Shown here: positions 36,724 through 47,435 of the stretch, one piece after another
How positions within the stretch are numbered: the first letter of the stretch is position 1
How the letters are laid out: every line of letters begins with the position of its first letter
Assembly (NCBI GenBank): GCA_951406725.2
Contig: OX597816.1
Coordinates: forward strand, 78,616,001-78,680,000
From: Octopus vulgaris
Lineage: Eukaryota
Reading direction: 5' to 3'
Length of the DNA: 64,000 bases
Position numbers and translations under genes: made by a program
The notes under the pieces: generated by a model
Told to the model about the DNA's origin: nothing
The model's input: the letters and a program-made list of their open reading frames with translations, nothing else
Databases searched by the model: none

Positions 36724-39135
36724 GAGATTGGAACGCCAAGGTGGGGTAGAGCATTACCAACAGTTCGAGTGTGGGCCAACACGGGTTGAGGGAGAGGAAT
36801 GAAAGAGGACAGGATCTGGTTGACCTTTGTATCATCAACAACCTAGTCATCGGTAACACCATCTTGCAGCATCACCTGAGAAGGTTGTACACTTGGACCA
36901 GCCCAGGAGACCGGTTTCGAAACCAGATTGACTACATCATGATTCAAGGACGATGGAGGTCGGTTCTCAAGAATGTAAGGACACGACCAAGGGCAGACTG
37001 CGGAAGCGATCATCAACTGCTGTGTGCAACGATTAAGATCCGGATGAGGTCAAGGCGAAAGCAAATGAAAATAACATGGTACGACGTCACAAAGATCCCG
37101 GAGGCTTTCAGTGTCGAGATGCAGAATAGACTTCTACCGCTTCTTCAATCATACGATAATGGAGAATAGAGATCAGATGCACTTTGGGAGAAAATGGTCA
37201 ACATCACAAAGGAAGTTGTGGAGAGGAATATTCCCAAAAGACGGACTCTGAAATGGCCGTGGCTATCAGACGACACACTAGACGTCGCAAGAAGGAGGAA
37301 AGCAAAAGCAAGTGGAAACCATCAGGAATGGAGCGAACTTGACAAGCAGTACAACAGACAGGCACTAGAGGACAAGAGGAACCATCTGGACCAGATATGT
37401 CTGGAGGCGGAAGATGCGTCAGAAAGGTGACATCAAGTCTGTTTTCGTTTGATGAAGGAATTGAGTAGAAAGAGGAAGTGGACTCCACGTAGTGACGTCA
37501 TCAACGATAAAGAAGGTAATATCCTGACAGAGGAAGAGGACATCAAAGCTAGGTGGAGGGAATACAGCGCCGATTTGTACAGAAGGAGGCAGGAAGATCT
37601 CCCCGCTGCACTCGCTGTAGCCGAAGTCAGAGAACCGGAACCACTTAAAGAAGGAGTGAGGCAGGCGCTGTACCATACCAGGAACGTGAAGAGCCCTGGC
37701 ATGAATGAACTTCCCATCGAGGTATGGAAGGCGACGGGATATATTGAGATAGAACTGTTGTGGCGACTGTGTGTCAAGATCTGGAACGACGTGGAGTGGC
37801 CGATTGACTGGTGTTGTGCAGTCTTCGTACCAATACCACAGAAAGGCAACCCACGCGAGTGCTCTAACCACTGAACCATCAGCCTTATTGTCCACGCAAG
37901 CAAGATCCTGTTGCGAATCATCGTAGGTAGACTGCAGCGGAAATATTGCAGTGTTATTGCTGAGGAACAAGCCGGCTTCGTCAAGGGCAGAAGAACAAGG
38001 GAACAGATAGTCAACATCAGGATGATCGAGAAGTTTAAGAAATGTGACATCCCACTTTACACGTGTTTCATCGACTACTCTAAGGCCTTCGACTGTGTGA
38101 GACACAGCAAGCTGTGGGACGTCATGAAGGCCATGGAATTTCCTGAACACTTAGTCGCACTGTTGGTGTGACTATATCAAGATCAACAGTCATCTCTCAG
38201 GACGTCCGTCGGTGACACTGAGTGGTTCGGTATTGAGAGGGGTGTCCGACAGGGATGTGTTCTGTCTCCATATCTGTACAACATCTATGCAGAAAACATC
38301 ATAAGAGAGGTGAAGGAGAACTATGACGGTGGTGTGCAGATTGGTGGAGAAAGGCTGTGCAATCTGAGATACACCGATGACACAACCCTCATAAGTAACA
38401 GCAAGGACGAATAGCTGCAGATAATACGCAAAGTGAGAGACATGAGTGCACAAAGTGACCTATTCCTGAATGTAAAGAAGACAAAGATCTTGGTGGTGGA
38501 TAAGTACAGGACAGACGAAGGTGACTTCATCGTAGACAGAGAGATGATTCAGGAAGTGGATGATTTTGTGTACTTGGGATCCACAATCAACACCAGTGGA
38601 TCAAGTACACCAGAGATACGGAGAAGGCTTACGATAGTGAGGCAAGCGGTACAAGATACGGAGAACATCTGGAAGAATCATGGCGTGTCAATACTGCTGA
38701 AGATAAGGCTACTTCGGGCTGCCACTTTCTCTATTGCGACGTACGGCTGCGAGTCATGGACAATGTTGAAGGGAGACGAGAAAAGAGTGAGCGCTTTTGA
38801 AATATGGTGTAACCGTTGTGGACGGAGAGAAGGATGAACTAGAAAATCTCGGTTGCGAGATTATGCTTCGGCGAAACATTATGAAGCGGAAGCTACGGTT
38901 CTTTGGCCACGTCATGCGCCGGTATGGACTTGAGCGAACGATCATAACTGGCAAGGTGAATGGTAGACGTAAAAGAGGCAGAACACCCACTTCTTGGCTG
39001 AAAGACATCGCAGCCACAGGATTGTCTTTATACTCAGCTGTCCATGGGGTAGAGGACAGGAGAAGGTGGCAAGACATTGTGATGACCACAGCATCGCATA
39101 GAGCGACACCTGACTAGGATGGCCACTCCCGAGAC
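36721..39135 (+). mobile_element. BovB-like RTE LINE, 5'-truncated and disrupted
   Basis: RRLYTWTSPGD..RNQIDYI...ADCGSDHQLL; EEQAGF; FIDYSKAFDCV; GVRQGCVLSP; LRYTDD; FVYLGS; YGCESWT; FFGHVMRR...GKVNGRRKRGR. Confidence 0.92.
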
Positions 39136-39142
39136 CTGCTGG

Positions 39143-40393
39143 TAAAACTAAAATAGAAACAGACATTTTTTACAAAGCCACAGACGCTAAACAATACCTA
39201 CTTTTTGATTCATGCCACCCAAGACACACTAAAACAAACATCCCTTTCAACTTTGCAAGAAGGATATGCACAATAGTATCAGAACAAAATACCAGGAACT
39301 TTAGACTACAAGAACTCAAAAACACCCTAATTGACAGACACTACCCAGCTCAACTCATAGAGGATGAGATCAGACGTGTAACAGAAATCGACATAGAAAC
39401 TTTGAGAAAAGTTCAACTCAACAACAAACCTTCCCCGAAAATACTGCCTTACATATCCACATACAACCCCAGAAACAAAGAAGCCTTCACCATCATCACC
39501 CAGAATTTACCAATACTTCATAAGGACCCCAAATTAAAGGAAATTCTAAACATACATAAAATCATTAAAAGCTACAAACAACCTAAATCACTTAAAAAGA
39601 TTCTCACAAAGGCAAAATTGTTTTCTGAAATTACGGATGCAAAAATAAAAAAATGTGGTAGATCAAACTGCGCAACATGTCCAAACCTTCTAGAAGGATC
39701 AGAATTCCTCTTCAAAGAGGGACAAAAATTCAAGATCAAATCTAATTTTACTTGTGCTTCTGAAAACATAATTTATGTCATAAGATGCTCAGGCTGCCAC
39801 CAAAACTACTTGGGGTCCATGGGTCTATCACTCAGACGTAGATGCACACTGCATCGACGACAGATTGCATTCCCAGAATACAGAACGATACCCTTTAGTG
39901 AGCATATTGAGAAATGCGCAAAGCAACTACTATCACAATTTTTAATCTTTCCATTTTATCAATGTGCTATTGGAACACCAACACAAATTAGACTAAACAA
40001 GGAAACATTCTTCATTGAAAAATATAAGCCCAAACTTAACCACTCCAACATTCTTATACAGAGAAACTCACCCCTTTAAATAAATAGGACAAGAAATATA
40101 AAGCGATTATCTCCCTTACACCGGAAGAAATCACTCATTACCTTCCCTTACCTGGAACTCTTCTTTACACTTCATAACGAAGACATAACACGATGTTTTG
40201 AGAAATTTGAAAAGTTAACACGAAACCGGTAATTTCTTCAAAAACTATGTCACTGTATGAAAAAGTTTTATAACATTCTTCTGACATAATGACTCAAATA
40301 TATTTTTTAACCTTTTAAAACAAGCCTTCTGTAGTTTTTTCACTTTTTACTATTTTCTATATATTCAACCACGTGCTTTCACACACCAACTTT

Positions 40394-40451
<58 letters not shown>

Positions 40452-41000
40452 CTAATAATATGATCTTTATATTGTTTTGCTAGTATTAGCGTTATTAATA
40501 ATAAGAATAATGATATTGGTAGCATTAGTGGTAATGATAATAGTAATGATGTTAACATTAATGACATTTTGTAAATTAATATAAATTAAAATAATATACT
40601 CTTGACTCTGTATATCTGCATTTGAGTATTAATATGTGTATATTTTCTACATTGTAATATCATAATATTAAGTTGAAAAACTGTAACATTGAATATGGAA
40701 CATATGTATGTTTATTGATTTATATTATTTATATTATTATATATATGTATATATATATGTATAGGAGTATGAGTATATGCACTCATATGTATGTGTATAT
40801 GATATATTATGGGTATGTACCCACACTTATATGGGTGTATATTTAATTTGGTTTGTATTTCATAATCTCCGAAGAGTCCTTGAGATATTTTTGTAAATGT
40901 CTCATTTATAACTACATATTGACCTATCACACATGGATAATATAAGTAAAATGAGATACCCATATCTGCATGGCCGAAACAGCTGTAAGATGTAGGTTAT
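39143..41000 (+). mobile_element. Penelope-like element (RT thumb + Zn linker + GIY-YIG; Neptune-like) with 3' non-coding region
   Basis: TDIFYKATD..QYL.FDSCHP.HTK.NIPF; ORF 39402-40079 with CGRSNCATC, FTCASENIIYVIRC..C..NYLGS, RLNKE.FFI.KY.P.LN. Confidence 0.88.
40865..40991 (+). ncRNA. Type I hammerhead-like motif with variant core and long stem II insert
   Basis: atct-CCGAAGA-gtcc-(~90 nt)-ggcc-GAAAC-agct-GTA-agat, with the palindromic stem III loop typical of Penelope minimal hammerheads. Confidence 0.5.
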
Positions 41001-41192
41001 ATTTATATTTATTTATATTCTCTTATACATATTGTACTTATTGTATCATATTACTCCTTCATGTACACTGTTTTGTTCTATATTATCATGTTTGACCTTA
41101 ATGTTCATATGTAGTGGTTTAATAAAGTATGTGATTGGGTATTATCTGGTAGTTGATAATTGATTTAGATGTATTTCTCCATTTTCTTATTT

Positions 41193-41239
<47 letters not shown>

Positions 41240-41246
41240 CACACAC

Positions 41247-41288
<42 letters not shown>

Positions 41289-41289
41289 C

Positions 41290-42714
41290 GGAAAGCTTTA
41301 TGAAAATAGACAAAAGACGAAGGCAGGTTTACGGAAATAAACAAAAGACGAAGGCAGGTGGAATACAAACAAACAATTGTATTAGTATGGCGCTCAGGAA
41401 ATATAAATAAAACAAGTCTTTAACGTTTCGAGCCTACGCTCTTCAACAGAAAGATACACAGAGAAGAAACACAGAAAGGGAGAAAAAAAATGCGTGCAGA
41501 GGTTAGCAAATCAACATGGCGATCTGATTTCGGCCAGAAGTCAAAGATCAAACGTGAGACGCAAGAGCGAAATTAGGGGAGATAATAGGGTTAAATGACC
41601 TCGCTCCAACATAAGAGTGTGTGTGTGTGTGTATGAGAGAGTATTAGTGCGTATGAGAGGTCTGGACGTGTGTGTGTATATATGATGTGATGTGTAAAGT
41701 CGTATGGTGTAGTGTAGAGAGAGGAGATGAGGGAAGAGGGGGGAGAGGGGGGGAGGGGGGAGAGAGAAAGGGGAGAAGAGGAGGGGAGAAGAAGAGGGGG
41801 AAGGGGGAGAAGAAAGGAGAGGAAAAGAGGAGGGGGAAAAGGGGGAGAAGGAAGGAGAGGAGAAGAGGAGGGGAGAGGAGGAGGGAGGATAGAGGGAGAG
41901 GGAGAGAGAGAGAGAAGGGGAGTGAGGGAGCAGAGAGAAAGAGGGAAGGGGAAGAGGGAAGAAGGAGGGAGGGAGAAAGAGGGAAGAAGGGAAGAGGAGT
42001 AGGGGTAAAAGGATGAAGGACTGAAGAGAAGTAGGGGTCGGGGGGAGGTTAGATGAGGAGGGGGGGAGAGTTGAGACCAAATAGCGTATAAGAGCGAAGA
42101 GAGAAGATTAATTCCTGTTCATGGCGCAAACGGGAATCCAGATGGCCTCTGTGCAAGGACAAACCGAACACAGACAGGTGTTGCAAGGAGTGACCGGTGG
42201 AGTGGAAATGGCGTGAGATCGGTGTGTCGTTCGCAAGGCGGATGTCACGGAGGTGTTCCGCGAACCGGTCAGCCAAGCGGCGTCCCATTTGTCCGATGTA
42301 CAGGGAATGGCAGAGAGAGCAATAGATAATATTGCTGGAGGTGCAGGTGAAGGAGTTGATGATGCGATAGGGTCGATGATGGGTGCCAGTGAGGAGGGTG
42401 GTGTTGGAGAGGTAAGGGCAAGTGCGGCAACGTGGGCGGGAGCAGGGTAACGAGCCAGGTTGGGAGGTAGGGTCAGGGAAGGAGCTATGGACCAAAAGGT
42501 CTCGAAGGTTATGGGCTCGTTTGAAAGAGGGAAGAGGTGTGAAGTGGATGGGTCGGACTGGAGATGACGGAAAGCTCGAAGAATGGTGCGTTGGAGAGGT
42601 AGGGTCGTGGGGGTGGTAAGTGAGGGGAAAAGGGAGGCGGGAAACTACAGGGCGGGTTCGGGGAGAGAGAGCAGATACACGGTCCACGGAACGTGCTCTG
42701 GCAAGGGCGGTGTG

Positions 42715-42715
<1 letters not shown>
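41290..42715 (-). mobile_element. Penelope-like element 3' part (GIY-YIG, Neptune-like) with pyrimidine-rich trailer
   Basis: NLRDLLVHS...CSRPRCRTC...FTCTSSNIIYC..C..LYIGQMGRRLADRFAEHLRDI...SRHF...GLN. Confidence 0.9.
41416..41454 (-). ncRNA. Minimal hammerhead-like motif in a Penelope 3' region
   Basis: tcttt-CTGTTGA-A-gagc-gtag-gctc-GAAA-cg-TT-aaaga: perfect stems I and II, with core CUGUUGA instead of CUGANGA. Confidence 0.6.
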
Positions 42716-42745
<30 letters not shown>

Positions 42746-42750
42746 CACAC

Positions 42751-42782
<32 letters not shown>

Positions 42783-42784
42783 AT

Positions 42785-43175
42785 CTATCCATAATCTTTT
42801 GAAAGTTACCCTCTGAAAATGCAACCAGGTAACAATCATCTGCATAAAGTATATCTCTAACTATGAGAGCAAACACCATATGTCTACAGTGAGAAATTTT
42901 CTCCATGACAAAAACACAGTGAATGGCTTGTTTACTGGTCCAAAAGTGCTTTTAGTATATTCAAACTGGTAATAATATTGCATCTTATACTTTGTTTTGA
43001 AGTGCCATAAGTCTGAAAAGCTTGCTGGTTGCATGATCATGAATTCATATAGTTGTATGGCACTCTGAAAAACGATTGTGAGAGAAAACAGAGTTTGAGC
43101 AGAGATGTCTCCTTGCAATACCTTATTTTGAGACAGTTTACCATTGATCTTTTCTCCTTGCTGTAGTACCATCAT
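42785..43175 (-). mobile_element. Decayed non-LTR RT fragment
   Basis: VLQGDISAQTLFS...IVRDILYADDCYLVA. Confidence 0.6.
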
Positions 43176-43749
43176 GAAACCATCTCAAAACAACAAATTT
43201 GGGTGGATAATCATATTATAATCCTGAATTCTTGACATGCTCCAGCCTCTGACCCACCAGCTAAGTAAACATAGTGATGTCACTTGGCACACTGCCTCAT
43301 AAAGGTCACTGCTAGCTCACACTACATACACACAACTACATGGTGCCATCTGTTGGCATGCTACATAACTAGTCTGGGAACTTTTTGATACCACCTTGTA
43401 CATACATACATTTATACACACACTATCACACATACATGTAAATTGATGAACGCTGTACCAATAAACAAAAGATAATCTCTCAGCTAACTAAGGAGTCTAT
43501 GAACCAGTTTTGATTGAGCAGTATATTTCTGAAGGTTGATTTGTGAAGAACACATTTAGAGATCAGCTAGAGATCTGCTAGAGATCTGCTGCTAATCTCT
43601 ATATTTGTGCTTCGGAAATCAACATTCAGAATTATTATAATGGCATTTTAAAAACTTACGCTATCATTTCAACATTTTAAATTATCTAAGAGGGTATTGT
43701 TATCTTTTTTATCATAAGTAATTAAATCTTTAACCAAACAGAACGTCAG

Positions 43750-43920
43750 AGGGTAAGTCAATCTAGCTGAGATTTAGAAAATATCTTGCCACCATTTAAT
43801 TTTGTGAAACTATCCTCCAGAATAGGTAGTGGATAGTGGCATGTTTTAAGACATTCATTTAAATCAGTGGAAAAAGTTATATGTACAAGAGGGGTTGATC
43901 TTTGTACTATGAAACACATT
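43750..43920 (-). mobile_element. Gypsy RT fragment
   Basis: FSTDLNECL...YPLPILEDSFTKLNGGKIFSK. Confidence 0.6.
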
Positions 43921-44175
43921 GATTTCACAATAGTTTTACTGTTTACAGAGGTGAACAATATAATCTGTTATTTTCATATATTGCTAGGTAACTTGGGTTG
44001 TTAAGAATAAGTATCTTAGTTATATAAAATATTGTACACATCCCTTGTGATACTGGGCAAAACTGTAATCCTGGTTGTTGAGCATGTAGATGTATACAGG
44101 AGTAAATTTCATTATAAAACATATTTGGATATAAATATTGTACAGAGTAAAACAAAATAAATAAAATAAACTTAC

Positions 44176-44334
44176 CATATTTTTGTTCTGAATTATCACC
44201 TTTAGGTCCAGTGTAAGACGATGAAGTTGCTCCATTCTTCCTCCTCCATGTATATTCTCTAGGGTTCATACAAGAAATTTTGTATTCGCAGAGCAGTGGA
44301 TTATCAAATGTGCACTTATGATTTGTGATACCAG
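44176..44334 (-). CDS. MAM-array gene, exon f (N-terminal half of MAM domain C)
   Basis: ttttag|CT acceptor, G|gtaagt donor, 159 nt, phase 1-1. Translates TGITNHKCTFDNPLLCEYKISC...YTWRRKNGATSSSYTGPKGDNSEQKY (typical WxRxxGxTxSxxTGPxxD). Confidence 0.92.
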
Positions 44335-44401
44335 CTAAAATATAAAACAATACCGATTTTTTACACTGGTAGAAGGTTTACAAATTTAAAAATTAGGATT
44401 A

Positions 44402-45912
44402 CACTGGTTTACAGAGAAATTGAGGCAAACACAAAAATAGTTGTTCTAGCCTAATTTTGGGGGTGCTGATTTCAGATACAAAACCAGTTTTCCCTCATCA
44501 CCTCTAGTTTTTGAGATATACATTATTACAATTTTGTGACAATTCATGCAACCATATATATATATGATCAATTTTAATTTTGTTTTCCAGATTTTTGTGA
44601 TACATATCTCTACAATGGCTTCAGGCACTTCAAAACACCAAAAATGCATCAACAAGGCCAATTCATTCTGCTGTGTGTGGGGATTTCATGACAGTTGCAC
44701 GGCACCGAACAATTACTTCCCTCCTGAGAACTGGTTACTTTCGTTATTTTGACTGTAAAATTGGAGATCAGAACAAATCCTGGGCCCCACACATCTGTTG
44801 TAAATCCTGCTACAATGGACTAACTGCATGATTTAACGGCAAGAAAGCAGCCTTCAACTTTGCTGTCCCAATGGTCTGGAGAGAGCCATGAAGCCATGCT
44901 GATGATCGTTATTTTTTTTTTCTAACAAATATAAAAGATTTCATTGCTTCTTCTAGAAAAGATATCAAATATCCCAACCTTCCTTCAGCTATGAGACTGT
45001 TTCCCACTTAGATGATCTCCTTGTCCCTACACTCAGCAAATAAGGATCTTCTTCCTTCATCAGATGAAGAAATGCTTTCAGGGGAAGAGCATGCCAAGTT
45101 GATCTCTTCTGAAGACAATGTCTTTGTTTATTCAGGAACAAGTGGCAATGAGCCCCACTGGAGCATGCAGGAAGACCTGAATGACCTTACCTGTGATTTG
45201 TATCTATTAAAGCGGCAGTCAGAGCTTATAGCATCTTGGCTAAAGTAGTGGAACCTGCTCAATGCAGATGTAAGGATCAGCAGTTTCAGGACACAAAAGC
45301 AGGATTTTGCTTCATTCTTTGATATGAAAAACAGGTTGTGCTACTGCACAAATGTTACTGGCTTGTTCACTTTCCTTGGTTTCCCACACAATCATCCCTC
45401 AGACTGGTGTCTTTTCATAGACTCTTCCAAGTGAAGTCTGAAGGCTGTGCTCCTGCACAATGGGAATAAATACTCTAGCATTCCCATTGCCTACTCAGTC
45501 CATCCAAAGGAATCATATGACAATATGGAACTCCTTCTGGAAGCTGTCAAGTACAACCAATACCAGTGGAGTCTCTGTGGAGTCCTCAAGGTTATTGGGA
45601 TCCTTATGGGTATGCAAGCAGGCTTCACAAAGTACTGTTGCTTTTGCTGTCTCTGGGAAAGTCAGGCTCTGTCCAAGCACTACAAGCAGAAGGATTGGAG
45701 ATCTAGGAGCACTTTCGTGCTTGGTGAACACAGTGTGCAAGAAAATCCTCTGGTGGACATGAACAAGATGCTTATTCCTCCTCATCATATCAAGCTTGGT
45801 TTAATGAAGAATTTTGTGAAGGCCATGGACAAAAATGGTGCTACCTTCCTACACTTGTGCACTTTGTTCCCAGCTCTGAGTTCTGCTCAGCTCAAAGAGG
45901 GCATCTTTGAAG
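44402..45912 (+). mobile_element. Chapaev3-like (CMC superfamily) DNA transposon, 3'-truncated
   Basis: Starts TTA|CACTG. Transposase remnants: GDQNKSWAPHICC..C, VPMVWREP, W.LFIDSSK.SLKAVLLHNGN, GMQAGFTKYCCF..LW, HIKLGLMKNFVKA, LKEGIF.G. Family assignment is from memory of these motifs. Confidence 0.75.
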
Positions 45913-46375
45913 GGTTGCTGATGAAGGGGAAAAGGGAAGGTGGGTATGAGAGAAAAGAGAAAGAGAGTAAGAGAGAAGAGAGAAAGAGAGTAGGGGTGAA
46001 GAGAAGTAGGAGTGAAGAGAAGTAGTAGTGAAGAGAAGTAGTAGTGAAGAGAAGTAGGAGTCAGAGCAAGAGAAGAGAGGTGGGTGGGAGGAAGTAGGAG
46101 GAAGGGGAAAAGAGGCAAGGGAAGGAGTTTAGATGAAGAGGGGTGGAGAGTTGAGCCTATATGGCACAAAGGAGCGAAGAGAGAAGATTAATCCCTGTTC
46201 AATGTGCAAACGGGAGTCCAGATGGCCTCTGTGCAAGGACAACCTGAACACGGACAGGTGTCACAAAGAGTGACTGGTAGAGTGGAAATGGCATGAGACT
46301 GGGGTGTCATTGCCGAGGCAGATGTCTTGGAGGTGTTCCGCAAACTGATCAGCCAAGCGGTGTCCCGTTTGTCGT
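45913..46375 (-). mobile_element. Second fragment of the Penelope family seen at 41290-42715
   Basis: RQTGHRLADQFAEHLQDICLGNDTPVSCHFHST; nucleotide match to 42050-42295. Confidence 0.85.
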
Positions 46376-47084
46376 TCATATATATATATCATCGTCGTCA
46401 TCCTCATTAATATCCATTGTTCATACTGACATGGGTTGAATGGTTTGACCAGGGCTGGCAAGCTAAGGGGCTGTACCAGACTCCAGTCTTATTTGGCATG
46501 GTTTCTATGGCTGGATGCACTAGTATCTGCCATGATTAGGATTTCACTTAGCTTGAGGGGTACTCTACTAAAGCATGGCATATTGCTGAAGGTCTCAGTC
46601 ATTTGTCATTGCCTCCATGAAGCCCAATGCTCAAAAGGAGCTTTTTATGTTCCACTGGCACAGGTGCTAGTTATGCGACAAGTATTTATTACAAGTTTTA
46701 TTCACTTGTTACTTATTCTAAAGTAGTAACCCACACCCATTCGATCAAAATATTGCCATATCCCACTATTGGGGCATGTGCCTCACTTTGAGAAACACTG
46801 GTATTGATAATAATGAGTATAGATAATAGAACATCTTTGTATAGTGATAGGTGTTGTTATTCAATCCTAGATCAGGTCTGTTTGACTGAATTTGTAATCA
46901 AAGACTTTCCAACTGTGAAAGCAGATGTTGTTTAGAAAACAAAACTAAAAGTAATCTAATTTAATTAAAATATAAGAAATAAAGTTTCTCATAAAAGAGA
47001 TGAAACGGAATTAAAACACTTAAAGAAAGCAAAGCCAAAAAACCCATTCAACACTTGCAAAGAGGGTAAAACAATTCTACTTAC

Positions 47085-47435
47085 TTCGACAGTAGCCTTT
47101 ATCAACAACTAAATCATCAAGACCCAAGGTTGAATAGCTATTTTCAGCAATACCAGTGAATACGATTCTTCCACGTGTACTTGGTAAATCCATACAACCA
47201 TATTGCCACTCAGTTCCATGGTCTCCAGAACCTTGCCAGAAATATGGTGTTTTAGAAAACCATGGTTTAAGTTCATCTTTCACAAATCTTGCTTGTAGTG
47301 TCTTAATTTTCATATCAGGCATGTAATAGAGAAATTCAAGTTTGAACTTTCCATTTGGAATATCAATTACAGATGATTTTATAGAGTGCATCATCGTTGT
47401 GTAGGTGTAACGAGAAGTAAATAGCAGGTAGTTAT
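47085..47435 (-). CDS. MAM-array gene, exon e (C-terminal half of divergent MAM domain B)
   Basis: ttacag|AT acceptor, A|gtaagt donor, 351 nt, phase 1-1. Translates DNYLLFTS...KLEFLYYMP...FWQGSGDHGTEWQYGCMDLP...IVFTGI...LGLDDLVVDKGYCR. Confidence 0.9.

Noticed and set aside
37419-38150. 243-aa and 205-aa minus-strand ORFs
   Set aside because: Antisense to the BovB-like RT, which carries the real motifs.
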